From the NCBI RefSeq assembly GCF_964204645.1, contig NC_134028.1:21758345-21822344 (forward strand): a DNA stretch of 64,000 nt, read 5' to 3'. Numbering within the stretch: the stretch's first letter is position 1; every line of letters begins with the position of its first letter. Below are positions 25,976 through 38,324 of this stretch, in pieces. The stretch comes from Tubulanus polymorphus (lineage: Eukaryota; Animalia; Nemertea). The position numbers and the translations under genes are program-made. The notes below the pieces were generated by a model. The model worked only from the letters and a program-made list of their open reading frames with translations. It did not search any database and was not told the DNA's origin.

Positions 25976-28900
25976 CAATTAATTCGGATTTGGAAATCAT
26001 CAAACAGTTGAATAGAAACTTTAGTCTATAAAGATCTTGTTTGAAATCCCATTCATTTTTCATTTGATGAATTTTATAATGATTTTGATGATAAAAGTTG
26101 TCCTTGTAATCGAGATTGCTGCGATACGTCTGATGGTAATCAGATAATGATAGGACCTTGTCAGTCACCACACTGACCAAACTTGCAAACTTAGCCTCTA
26201 GAACTCGGTGGTCTAGTGGTTAGGCGCTGGGCCTGTAAATGCAAGCCCCGGGTTCAAATCTCGGCGGGGGTAGCGTTAGGGTTATGGGTACTATAAAGAA
26301 GAATGGTTGTGATGGGGAACATTTTTTTGCACGTTTATTCTGCTCAGAAATTTTTTTAATCCGCGCTTATGGAGCAACTGTTCAGGACTACTGATGAACA
26401 TACGGACAAGTTCACAGTTTTCGCTGATGGAATATGTGAGTCCGTCATCATGACGTGAATCATGAGTCAAATGCAAATTGTCATAATTATCACTGCGGTG
26501 AAAAGTATTTCACTCGTAATTTGCATACGTCAAAATCGTACACGATTGTTTGTCGTTTACAAACATACAGCATTGTGTATTCGTATACTGTATGTAAATA
26601 GAGAATCTGATTTCGTTTACGGAAACGATGTTTGCTCGAATTGAAGAACTGGTAACTCCCATTCGGATTGAGATACTGAAAAACCACGGAGATTGCGCGG
26701 ATTTATCCGCGGTCGTTTTGATATTTTACTGAAAAGAATTGATCGTCGATTAGTCAAGTCCCATTTGAGACCACTGAATGCACTGTACAAATTTTTCTGT
26801 AATATTTGGCGAAGTCACCGTAGTTCGCTGACTGACTAAACCGGGGCGAATTGAACAATCTTTTGATTTTTGTTTACTTAGTCCAGCAGGGCCCAGTATC
26901 ACGAAAAAGTTTAAGCCTAAAACGGTTAAGTTTGAATTGTTGTCCTCATTGAAGATATGAAGTAACCAATAGCGATTACACCAAGAATTTGAGTTAAACG
27001 TTTTTGTGAAACTGGGCCCAGTGATTTAAAAATATGCTTTACTCATGAACATGAGCAGTAATGAGTTATAGATTTACCCCACTGTCAGTGAGTGTTGGTA
27101 AGGGGCAGTTCATTAAGTGCTAAGGTACACATTCAAACCACCCTCCCAGGATTGGAACCCAATTTCTTACCCCTTCCCTCCATGGATGTGTACTAACGCA
27201 ACTTAATGAATCGCTTCTTTAGTCATTTCAAGCTATCACTCTTTCACCTCAAATCTCGTTTTGCTTACGTTTTCTATTTGCACATTTTTCAGGCCCCCAG
27301 CTCATCCTAACAAAGGGTAAGTGAGTGTTAGACCTTGAACGCTTTCTAATTTTTCACTAACCGCGAACGATCGGCTTAATTCAGATCAGTTCGGGATAGT
27401 GAGGGACTATCGAAATGTTAACCAGAGACAGAGGAAAAAACTGGATAAATTTCATCGCTCCTGAAATGATCCAGGTTAAGCAGGTTTTACCTTGTTTAAA
27501 ATACATTACATGTGTATGTGCATATATGTAAAAACATTGATTGATATTTTGAAAAAAAAAACATGAATAATTCAGAAGGAAATTGTTGGACATAAACCGA
27601 GCTCAAACCTCCGCACCCATTGCTGGTATTTATACGTGTCCCCCACCCGGTCGCTTGCTGGTGATTGTACGCGTCCCCCACCGGGTCACCTGCTGGTGAT
27701 TGTACACGTCCCCCACCCGGTCGCCTGCTGGTGATTGAACACGTCCCCCACCCGGTCGCCTGCTGGTGATTGTACACGTCCCCCACCCGGTCGCCTGCTG
27801 GTGTTTGTACGCGTCCCCCACCCGGTCGCCTGCTGGTGATTGTACGCGTCCCCCCGGTTGCCTGCTGGTGATTGTACACGTCCCCCACCGGGTCACCTGC
27901 TGGTGATTGTACACGTCCCCCACCCGGTCGCCTGCTGGTGTTTGTACGCGTCCCCCACCCGGTCGCCTGCTGGTGTTTGTACGCGTCCCCCACCCGGTCG
28001 CCTGCTGGTGTTTGTACACGTCCCCCACCCGGTCGCCTGCTGGTGTTTGTACACGTCCCCCACCCGGTCGCCTGCTGGTGATTGTACGCGTCCCCCACCC
28101 GGTCGCCTGCTGGTGTTTGTACGCGTCCCCCACCCGGTCGCCTGCTGGTGTTTGTACACGTCCCCCACCCGGTCGCCTGCTGGTGTTTGTACGCGTCCCC
28201 CACCTGGTCTGCCTGCTGGTGATGTCTATTTGATTATTATTTAGCACTAATTGAGTCAGTCAGTATTTACTGTTTCTTTGTTTTCAGTAATTTATTCCGC
28301 CCAGCGTCGAGTAACAACAGTCGTCGTAGCAGTCTTTCAGAAGAAGTGTTTGACGATATTGATTGTAATTTTCTCCAGTTGAATGATAAGGTATGTGAAA
28401 AAGATTCAGACTCATCCCACCTTACTGTATAGGCTATATCCAGGGACTCAACTACATGTATTTGCCAATTGAGTTAACATAGGGCCGAGTTGTGACTTTG
28501 ATTTAAGACCAATCTAAGGCCACTTAGGTTCTATACCAAATCTAACACGATATGACCAGCTTTGATATTGGATATGGCTTTTGGACCCATGAAGGTGCAC
28601 CTCGACTGAGAGTCGAGTTAAAACTTTCGTTTAGCCGAAAAGATTGTCATTTGTACATTTTGTTCTTTTATCTAATCATATTTACGACTCGTAATTTGGT
28701 AATACATGTAGTGTATTGATGAATCCAGATTTAGGAATAGACTAATATTTTCATTCCTGGTTTATTATTATTTACAGGTGAAACGATTGGAGCAACAATT
28801 AGAAGGATTGAGCAATACGCAAACGAAGTCCGATGATCGACACGTTCGACTGAAAGAAGAAAACTTGTTTCTCGAAGACAGGTATGACAACTTGCGTCGA

Positions 28901-31900
28901 GATCCTTACTCAAACCCGAGTAACGTTCTCTATTGTATCATCTCCTATAATTTGTCACTTACCGTACCTGTATATATTCATTTGATACATATGGAACTTC
29001 GTAATTGTACGATGGTATTTGTCTACGAAAAGAGACTGTGAAACTGCTCACGTTTTTTAAATGCCTTTTTGTTGAATGGTTTTTGTTACAGGGTTCACGT
29101 TCTCGAAGAGAGTTTAATGGATATACAATCAAAAGCTAAAGATAACCTCGAAATGGAACAGAAAAAACATCGGGACTACATCGTAAGTGTTCTGATAGTT
29201 AATGCATGAAGAAGGCGGTCGGGCAAATTTGAATCCTTGGTTTACTACAGTAGACTGCGCCTCAGCCTCAGATCTACAGTCGACTGTGGTGCATTCCTCA
29301 GATCTTTTGGGACCAATAAATTCGCTTTGAGGTACATTAATTCCGGGGCAGTCGGAGCAGGGATTGGTCATTATCACGATGAATTGGAGTAAGAAAATTG
29401 GAAAAGTATTGTCCGGAGCACGTGATAATCCGAGGAAATCGACTGCAGGGTAAACGCAGTCTACTGGACATAGGCCTAACCAATTAACCCTTTCGCTCCC
29501 GGATAGTTGTGCACGTCTTGTACCAGGTGCATGTGTGTGTTGATGCCTATACAGGAACTAGAATGAAAGTAGACAGTCTTCTGCTAATCAATAAACACCT
29601 ACGTACGGCAAAGTAGTGCGCTGTGCTGTGCTGCAATAGCACACTTTTACAGGTCATATACAGCTGGCTGAAATTTTTATACAATGGGTAAAATTTTGGT
29701 CGCAATGATATACAATCGGCAAAATTTTGGTCGCAATTTTATATAAGAGGCAAAATTTTGGTCACAATTGTATACAATAGGCAAAATTTTATTCGCAATT
29801 GTATACAATAGGCAAAATTTTGGTCGCAATTGTATACAATAGGCAAAATTTCGGTCTTTGTAGGACAAACAAGAACGTCTCCTAAACCGAGAAATTGAAG
29901 GGCTAACGTTGCGTTTACATTCCGTCGAAAATGAATACCTCGGTCTGAAAGACGAGGCGCCCAGGTTACAAGCCGAGCTGGAAATACTGCGTCGCGACAA
30001 GAAACGCTTGGAGGAAAAGTTGTCCGAATCGCAGGACATGTTGAAAGTAACGGCGACTGATTACGAAACTCTACAAGACGAATTCAAACAACAAGCCGTT
30101 AATTTCGAGCGAGAACGTGAGCTCAACGCTGAGGTAAGAGCTGATCGCAGATGTGCGTTTCGCTAATTGTCTAAACATCATACAGTGTTCTCTACAGGAT
30201 GAGGGGCGGCCACCCCCTTTTGATTTTCACATCCACCCCTTATGAAAGATCATCTGCCCCCCAACCAGAGTGGATATCATTATTCTTTCAATTTGGATAA
30301 TTGCTTTGAAATATATTGAGCTGATGTGAAAAAAGAAGATTACACCAAAATTTAGCTTCATTTTCTTTTTTGGGAGTTTGAAAGCCTTGCTAGTTCAACA
30401 GCCACGATGTCCTACACTTAACAATGTTTGCAGCCTCCCAAAAATTCCAGTATATAAAAGAACACTAACGTAGGTTTTATGAATATTTTGTATTCTCTTT
30501 TTAGTTGTTGGACGAATTGAGTAAAGAATTAGATGATTTACGTCGATTCCGCAACGAGGCTGGTGGTCGAAGCCGCAGCGCTAGCGTAACCAGCGTTTAT
30601 AAAGATCTCGAATCAGAAATGCAAAAATTAAGACAGGTAAACTCCTACAGCAAATGCCAATCCTGCTGAGATAAGTTCGCCTAATGATGCACTGATTGGC
30701 GCTCAGCGAGTATAGGGATGAAAAAATAATAATCCCGATTACAAAGATTCCATACTAACAATGTGACGACTTTCAGCGCATCTATACCGCAGTGCAGTGC
30801 ATAAAGCGGTGATTGACTTTGCTTGTACATCGCACTGTGGTGTATTGATGTTATTAGTAATTAGTTTTTATCTCTATTGTAAGATGGCAACACCTGTCAA
30901 ACATAACATAATTAGTATGTTATCAAAAAAAACTATTTTTGTTACATTGAATATATTTCATTATAATTTTTTGTGTTCCCTCTTATACCTCCCGCGAGGG
31001 GTTTGAGAGTTAAAAGAATCGAATTGAATTGAGATCATAGTAACGAATGATGCACCGCACCTTGATGAACTGTAGATGAACTAAAGTGGTATGCCCGTCA
31101 TACAATAGACTTGGGTGGAATTTTTTTTAAATTTTCAAATATCTCCAGCCCATGAGTGCTTAAGCAGCCCGTATCCGCTCGACACTTTTTTCGTATACTG
31201 CGCAAAAACAGTTATAGTGGGATTCAAACCCAAAAGCCTATGATAAACTAGACACCCAAGTCCTCAAAATACCGTACAGAAATCAATATCCCCCTGTTTC
31301 AATTTCTCAAGTGTCTAAAGTATGAACATGACAGCTGAGCAGCGGTCTTCAAATCCAAGTAAGTTTGGATGAATTTCAGTGGCCAGAAGGACATGATTTA
31401 TGGTGGCCCACCTCATCAAATCTTACATCATATGAAAGCTTCGACAATTTACTACAAATAACGCGAACTTGTAATGCATGGAAATAAACAGCGAATGAGC
31501 TATTCGGTATCGTGATAAACTTGGATTTTACCTTGAATTTTCTGAGGAGTAATTGACAATACGTAGTGAAATTCCTGAGTGCTAATGGGTTAATTAGTTG
31601 ACAGTGAAAGGGTTTTAATGATATGTCTGTTTTTTGTAGGAGAATATCACGTTACGTGAACAGAACGAAGATTTACACGGAACGTTAATGAACAATCACG
31701 TCGAAGAGGGAAGAACACTGCTGCATAGCGATAAAACTGCTAAATCATTCGCGCAAGAGATGGATGAAATGACTCGTGATCAGGTTCGTTGTTGCTGTCA
31801 CGATGTATCAGTAGTATCTGTCTGGTATTATGTCGGTTACTCGGGGTGCTAACACATCAGGAAACATTAGGGAATTCTGGATGTATTTTTCCCCTGCAGG

Positions 31901-32522
31901 GAAAATCGGGGAATACCGACTTGCTCTTTTCTCGATGATTAGGAAAATTCAGGGTTTGTAACACAGTCCTTGAAAGTCATAGAAAGTCATGGAATGGGTA
32001 TGGGTCAATTCAAGGCCCTGAAAGTCACGGAATGGCCTCTAGAATCCTGGAATCGTGGTCATGGTCCTTGAATGGCATCTGCCTTACCACACGAATACTA
32101 TTTCAAAGCTTTTGGTCACTACATTACATCAGATCATTGTATTGTTAGGTCCGATAATTTATCTCAACTTCAATAAAAACAATGATTCTGGTCAAAAGGT
32201 CCTTTTGATGAGAAACAGCCCCCACTGAGCATATATCGTATCATTTAATATATAATCAGGGACGTTATGGGTCAGGGAAAATCATTGTATTCCTGCATCA
32301 GAGAATTTTGGGTTCCCTGATTTGTGAGAAACCTGATAATGGCGTATGCGTGATTGTAAATGATTGTTTTTTCAGATAATGGAAGCTCTGATCGAACAAC
32401 GCGAGGTGAATTTCAAACTGCGCGAATACATCGATCGTATCATACTGACGATCGTCGAGAAAAATCCGTCGCTTCTCGAGATCACGAACCGCCGTACGCC
32501 GGGCCTCACTAAAACCTCCTGA
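15575..32522 (+). CDS. RAB11FIP4: Rab11 family-interacting protein class II (FIP3/FIP4, nuf-like), ~593 aa with all exons
   Basis: Exons 15575-15712, 16554-16656, 17344-17453, 17900-18069, 18502-18627, 20332-20403, 23662-23709, 27293-27316, 28288-28390, 28778-28881, 29092-29182, 29864-30133, 30505-30636, 31640-31783 and 32376-32522 are phase-compatible. N-terminal EF-hands (LRAVFNLCDPQAKGYV; LDPQNDCKIYFDDFCKGV), a long coiled coil, and the Rab11-binding domain NFKLREYIDRIILTIVEKNPSLLEI. FIP3 versus FIP4 orthology cannot be resolved, and the three small exons are less certain. Confidence 0.9.
17477..17746. mobile_element. Palindromic MITE; related copy at ~52866-53150
   Basis: AACCTGATGGCATCGCTAGACTCAGCCAC is answered by GTGGCTGAGTCTAGCGATGCCATCAGGTT. 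The second copy shares GGCAGGGATTGGAACCTGAT and the internal layout. Confidence 0.7.
19101..19448. mobile_element. piggyBac-like non-autonomous element, family 1
   Basis: TTAA|CCCATTAGCACTC ... GAGTGCTAATGGG|TTAA. An inverted copy lies at ~31148-31589. Confidence 0.8.
20583..20875. mobile_element. piggyBac-like non-autonomous element, family 2
   Basis: TTAA|CCCTTTCAGTGC ... GCACTGAAAGGG|TTAA. Confidence 0.85.
22919..23175 (+). mobile_element. PIF/Harbinger-like MITE family; further copies at ~37211-37441, ~40140-40375 and 55943-56236 (inverted)
   Basis: TIR-like GCCGCGATCACACG / CATGTGACTGCGGC. All copies share the core GAATTGCAACTGGTTCCGGAAATGA..GGGCCAAATTTGGC. Confidence 0.7.
23993..24304 (+). 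mobile_element. tRNA-derived SINE with Nin/Deu-like core and L2-like 3' tail
   Basis: A box TGGCCTAGCGG, B box GGTTCGAACCC, core CTCTCCACCCAGGAGTGAATGGGTACC, tail GTAAAGCGCTCTGAG..GCGCTATATAAG..(TAT)n. A decayed inverted copy lies at ~47160-47350. Confidence 0.8.
24883..25175. mobile_element. piggyBac-like non-autonomous element, family 2, second copy
   Basis: Same TIRs and colinear internal sequence as 20583-20875. Confidence 0.85.
26201..26290 (+). mobile_element. tRNA-like head (SINE fragment or tRNA pseudogene)
   Basis: A box TGGTCTAGTGG and B box GGTTCAAATCTC are present, but acceptor and anticodon stems are poor. Confidence 0.5.
27630..28225. repeat. 35-bp minisatellite (~17 copies)
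   Basis: Unit TGTACRCGTCCCCCACCCGGTCGCCTGCTGGTGWT. It explains the six periodic ORFs at this locus. Confidence 0.95.
29250..29464. mobile_element. MITE
   Basis: TAGACTGCG..CAGTCGA at the left end and TCGACTG..CGCAGTCTA at the right end. Confidence 0.55.
29678..29852. repeat. 30-bp tandem repeat (~6 copies) next to a Rab11-FIP acceptor
   Basis: Unit TATACAATAGGCAAAATTTTGGTCGCAATT. Confidence 0.9.
30770..31612. mobile_element. Degenerate family-2 piggyBac-like MITE with a family-1 copy nested at ~31148-31589
   Basis: Family-2 sequence breaks after AAATATCTCCAG and resumes as TAATTAGTTGACAGTGAAAGGG after the family-1 end GAGTGCTAATGGG|TTAA. Confidence 0.7.
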
Positions 32523-35212
32523 CTAGCCGCCAAGCACAACGACTTACGCCAGATCGCTGACGAGTTCAGGGCGAACTTCAAGTGACAATCGCTGTTATAA
32601 AAATGAACGCGTGCGCATGAGACGACAATCTATTCGTTCGAAAAACGGTTTAACGTGGACGAGGATTTTAAAAAACGGTTAAACGTGATTTGGATTGGAT
32701 TCTGATAAACGCTGTGCTGTGCAATACAAGTGATATAATGATTATTCTATGCATTACAATTGAGCGCGTTTTATCCTGAACGGGATTTCAATCAAATTCA
32801 CATATTATGAACACATTCGCTGCTGACTAGGGATTATCGTGTCGTTTCCGGTTCTGCCGTCATCGCAATTACCTAGGGTTATCTCGTAGATCCAGTTCTG
32901 TCATCATTGCTACGGGTTATCTCGTAGTTCCAGTTCAGCCATTATTGCCGCGACAAGTTATCTCGTTATTCCAGTTTTGCCATCATTACTACGGGTAATC
33001 TCATAGCTGACCCTTTTTATTCACTGTTAGCTACGTATTTGCACTCTGGCACAAGGGAATGACACAGTTCTTGGCTGGCAATGTGAACGAACTCAACTTC
33101 ATTCCCAATGCTCATTGGTCAATTTTAAACAATGTTGCGACGATCTAGCTAAGTCGTAGGGGGCAGCACTATATTACCATGGTTACAGTGGTAAGTGTTC
33201 ATGATCCACCTTCTGTAAACATAAAAAAAGTATGTAGAAAATCCTGTTACACAACCGGGTTTCTCAAATGGGATTGTTTTAATTTCACCGCGGTCCTGAA
33301 TGATCCGCATGATTAAGAGCACGGTCTACTATAATGCCGGAAATCTAGCCCAAATAATGAATCCTGCCAGCCGGACGTAGAAATCGTCGGGGATTTTTCT
33401 TATGAAAATGTGATACGAATTCGTCCAATAATGAAAGTTCGAAAATATGCGAATAAAGAACTTTGAAAAGTTAAAATTTTATCACATGAGGCATATCATT
33501 TATAGCGTCCCGATTATTCTTAATTGTTAAATTATCATCGTTATATTATATACATAATTATTAATTGATTTATATTTATATTCAAAACATATCATAGCAG
33601 TGATTTCGATGACGATTTTAGAACCTTTAATTCCAGTGTGAAAATTTATATCATTCCATATGAGTCTATTGCTTTAGAATGCGCGTTTATGAATCTTTTA
33701 TTCGCTATTAGCTGAATAGACGTTTTAATTGTTTATCATTCCTGGGAAATAGCCTCTAGAAAAAGCTATTCTTTTATTCGAAATCGTAGAATTAAGCCCC
33801 CTAGTCGCCCTAGCTGATTTCTGTTTAGATTTAGTCGTGTTTTGAGTCGAGCAAGTCTTTACTACATTTTACAGTTAGTATACCGGTTAGGGCTTGTGGG
33901 CGTGCTCTCTTCACATCCAGTTATCACTCAGCTCGGCTAAACCTCTCTCAAGTTGGTGAATTTTGCTTGGAATTTATTTGGGAAAAAGTTTTTCTCGGTC
34001 AAATCTGAGATATTAATAGGCTAAGACAGAGAATACTGTATAAGTTGGCTCTGGTTTAGATATTGCGCTGAAATCTAGTTCATAATATGAACACCGGGGT
34101 GAATCTGTAATTCATGTCAATTGTATTCTACCAGCAAAAATGTTGATCTACATCATTTGCAGCGATAGTGTTAATATCAAACTGGTCAACTCAAAAGTCA
34201 GCTTAAAGTTGTCCTTGGTTAGAGTTGACAAGTAAATAGTTGATGCAGTGACAGTTAAAACTGCATTTTTACCATCTGATAGTTAACTTAAACCAACTTT
34301 TCAGCACCTAGGCCTGTCTTGCCATAATTTAGCTCCCCCTTGGTTAACTACCGGTATACACTTAAATACTGTCTTGTCTATAAAGACTTGGTGATTTAAA
34401 ACAAATGAATCAACTTGAACAATCAGCTAGGTGTCGTCTCACGGGTTGCCGATTGTATCTGGGCTAATTAGAACATTTTAAATATAACCATTAGTAGTAT
34501 TAGTATAGTTCGGAGTAAAAGCTCCCTCCTTGAAAACATATCGTTTTTCTTCTACTTTTCATCCCAGCAGCAGCTGAAGACGATGTATCGAAATAGAATT
34601 ATTTTTATCTAAAAAATCTCATGAAATGTTTTATGTTTTACTCGTACTATGTTTTAATCTGTGCTGAGAAAACCTTTACGCATGATTTTTGGTAATGTAG
34701 AACGTCGATGCTTCAGTATCCGTTCGGTTTATTAGACGCTTTACGCCTGGTTTATCTCCGAAATTGAATCTATTGATTTGTTTTATGAAGAGAAGAGAGA
34801 GAATGTTGTGGGCAAAATCTCAATATCGGAATTCATGCGTTAAAAAAGTTTTCTTGATGAGGTGTTCGGGGTCGATGAATGATAGAGAGTTCATGTGAGG
34901 CAGTACTGCCCAGCCCCTGAACTGTAACTCATTTTCTGTATTCCTGAGAAATATAGATTCGATTGGTTTCGCGTGTTAAGATACGAGAAACTCGTTACTG
35001 AAGCTCTAAATTACTGTTCAACTTGAACAGGAATGGGAAAGGTCTTACCGAGGGTCTAACCTCCTTGATTACTGATTGATGTACCGGTTAATTTCAGCTT
35101 TTTTTCTACTGAAAACATACATTCCAAATTTCTGTCCTGTGAATGTATTCGAGGTATATGAAATATTGGGTGGTGATGCTGTGAGAATTGCTGCAGACCA
35201 GCTGTTATACTG

Positions 35213-35320
35213 GATTCAGTTCCACAGTTTTGAGTAAGAGTTAACTCCGAGTTAAGAATAGTTCATTTTCAATGAGTTAACTCAGAGTCAAATTTTAACT
35301 CACAACTGTGGAACTGGCTC
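35213..35320. mobile_element. ~100-bp palindromic MITE family; copies also at ~9066-9170 and 37021-37116, relatives at 26889-27020, 51045-51146 and 51540-51648
   Basis: CAGTTCCACAGTT.TGAGT ... ACTCACAACTGTGGAACTG inverted arms around TTCATTTTCAATGAG. Confidence 0.65.
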
Positions 35321-35608
35321 CTGATGATCGGTCAGGGCCAGTTGCTCAAATGTTGGTTAACTGGTGGATAAATACCGCAGTAACAATGAACTTTTAATTG
35401 TCACCATTTCAACTATCCAGTGGTTAACTCTCTACTCAGCTTTTGAGTAACTGCCACCCCTGTTTGGTTACTGAAGCTTTAATGTTTATATACAATAACC
35501 TGCAGTTCGATAGTTCTCTGATTCTCTAATCTTGAATTCAATAGTGAACTCTATTATATAACTCTTAACTCACGACTATTGAATCGGATCCATATCTCAG
35601 CGTAATAT

Positions 35609-35760
35609 TTAAAGGTCACTGGCAGCTTGATTGGTGAAATTCCTATTTTACAGTTAAATAGAACTTGGCATTTCTTGATATGTTTTAACTAAATTATTTT
35701 GGTGAAGCTCCTAAATAAGAAGACAGTTAGATGTGTTTTAAGCTGCCAGTGACCATAAAT
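35609..35760. mobile_element. Kolobok-like MITE
   Basis: TTAAAGGTCACTGGCAGCTT ... AAGCTGCCAGTGACCATAAA. Confidence 0.6.
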
Positions 35761-38086
35761 GATAGATTGTTATATAGATATCCTCAGTGTTCTGTTTCCT
35801 CGCATGAGTGGCAATTATTGCATCGTTGATTTTCTGATATGACAATTTGTTCACTCAGGTGCATTTAACATGCAAAGCCTTGTGTTTGTAATGGTGAATT
35901 ATGTAGAATTGTAGGATTGAATTTGAAGCCACTCAGCGATATACCGGGTACATTCAAACGCGTTAAATGCGGATATCAATTTTCATCGACCTATACACAT
36001 GTGAATTACGATGTTCAATCCATTTTTCATTACGAACCAGATTCAACCAGATGATACGCAGATGAAGTAGGTTGTTAAAACGGGTATCAATCTGCAGCCT
36101 GAACCCACCCGTTCAAATATTCAATAATTACCATGCCAATTTTTGATCATTAAGACTGTCTAAGTAGGACTTCAGCCCTTACCAATCAACTATAAACACT
36201 AAATATTAGACATTTTATGAGCTAACTCGTCACTTCAGTGAACGCCATGACTTCCCTAACCATGGCGAATGGGTGTAGTGATAGATCCAGGCTGCAGATC
36301 GATATTTGGCTTTAGAGATGTTTTCGTTTGATTTTTACATGTCTTCTTGTAAATAGTATTCAATGAATGTCGTCATTCCATCCAATTGATTCCAGCCAAA
36401 CTCGCGTGCTATGGCATTTCGTCTGTATTTTGATTATAGATCTATTTATTTAATATATCGTAACGGAAAAAATGTTTTTTCGACAAACGGTTTAACGAAT
36501 CGAAAAACAGTCAAATGTTTTGTTTGATGTAGTACATTCCAGGTGAGCACTAGACTTTATCGCACTAGTTGTATCGTATAGGGTTTGCTATCTTTTGAGT
36601 TGTTAAGCACGTTTAAACTTTTGTATGTGACGTCATAGTTTGTTTGTTAACCAGTGCTGAAGACTTGCCATATATGATATACAGTACACATCGTTTAATT
36701 CGGATCATTTGGGACTGGAAAATTTCTTCGGAATTAAAGGAAATCCGAATTATGTCCTCTCATTTGAATAGAAATAACCTAGCGTTGACTAGAATTTTAG
36801 TCCGAAATAAGTGAAAATCCGAATTGAATTGATCCGAATCAAACGAGTTGTATTGTAACAACTGAATAAAATCAGGTTTCGGTTTTATAGACTGGTGTTC
36901 ACTTAAACCAGGGGGGTTAACTCAACTCATAGCAAATTGAGTTAATAAAGCCCTGAGTATAAGTCAACACCAATCTATAAAACCGACCACAGGGTACAAA
37001 CTTCAAGGATCTGGCTTCTTGGATCCAGTGCCACAGTTATGAGTTAGAGTTAACACTGAGTTAAAATGAGTTCATTTTCATGAGTCAAATCTTAACTCAC
37101 AACCGTGGAACTGGGTCTAGATCACTTATCAATATCCATTATGGCCTAGCCATGTGGAAAAAGCATACGGCTGTAAGAACTCTTTATATGGTGCACCGAT
37201 TAACTTATATAGCCACAATTACACGAGCATTTTTGTCTCGAAACAACTCTTCACACGGGGCCCGACCAAATTTTCGCATGGGACAAATCAATGCGCGTGA
37301 ATTGCTGCTGGTTCCGGAAGTGACTCACTTCACTTAGTTTAAGCATTGTTTAGTATCGAGTGAGTGATTTACTTGTGAATGCGCTCTCTAATTAGGCGCG
37401 GGCCAAATTTGGCTCAGGCCTGTTCCGTGTGATCGTGGCTTATGTTTAATGTGGATTTCTCATAATCTGGATTAATTTCATTTGTTCCTAATGATTTGAG
37501 CTGAGTCTACTGTGACATTCAACTTTCCATTCATCCTGTATTGACAGAGAAAACAAGTTGCTTTACTATCAAACGTAGACACAGCTGTGGATGTAAATAT
37601 CTATATTTTCCAACACAATTCAGGACAAGTGAAATATGATTAAGATCTTTATGAAATAGATCTGCTTGAACCACCACCAACATTGATCATATGAAAATTG
37701 CCTTGTATAATAAAATATGTTTTATACTGTAAAATAAAGTTTGATTTGTTGTTGGTTTTGCACTCATTAGACATACAAGTTTACTGTGGCAAGTGAATAT
37801 CAAGAATCCCTGCTTTCATAGAACAATTTATAGTATCCTTTATGATTCTGCATTACTGAATACCTGTATTACTTTCATCCCATACCCCTCCCCCAGCAAG
37901 TAGTTTACAAACCTTTCCCCTATAACCAGTTATCACAAGTTTTTATGAGTCCATACTCTCCATTGTCAATCTATCGTTGTTATAGGTAATTTTGAAGAAA
38001 GCCTGGAACAACACCCTATTAACAGCCATTCACCACTAGTAGGTCATATAGGGATCACATTGCCCCTCAACCAGCAGGCCTGTGGG

Positions 38087-38324
38087 CAGGGGCGGATCCA
38101 GGAGGGTTCTGGAATACCGTTGAGCTTTTTCTGTGCCCCTTAATCCATGGATTTGACGTAAAAGTGACCTCATTTGGCACAGTTCAGCCTAGTACGTGCC
38201 CCTGAAAACCGCAAGTTTGATGTTAAGTGCCCTTTTTTGCCGTGATTTGACATAGAAAGTGCCCTCCCCCATAATAGCGAGTGCCCTTGGAACCCCCTCG
38301 AGATAGGGCCCTGGATCCGCCACA
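38087..38324. mobile_element. MITE with CAGGGGCGGATCCAG termini
   Basis: CAGGGGCGGATCCAGG ... CCTGGATCCGCCACAG. Confidence 0.6.

Noticed and set aside
26201-26272. Functional tRNA-Tyr gene
   Set aside because: Anticodon and acceptor stems do not pair properly; more likely a SINE head.
27496-28247. Several 90-235-aa periodic ORFs; superficially CRISPR-like array
   Set aside because: A pure 35-bp tandem repeat without spacers, inside an intron. The ORFs arise because the unit has no stop codon.
34574-34600. CTGAAGA-CGATGTATC-GAAA hammerhead-like core
   Set aside because: No stem I or III and no cleavage triplet.
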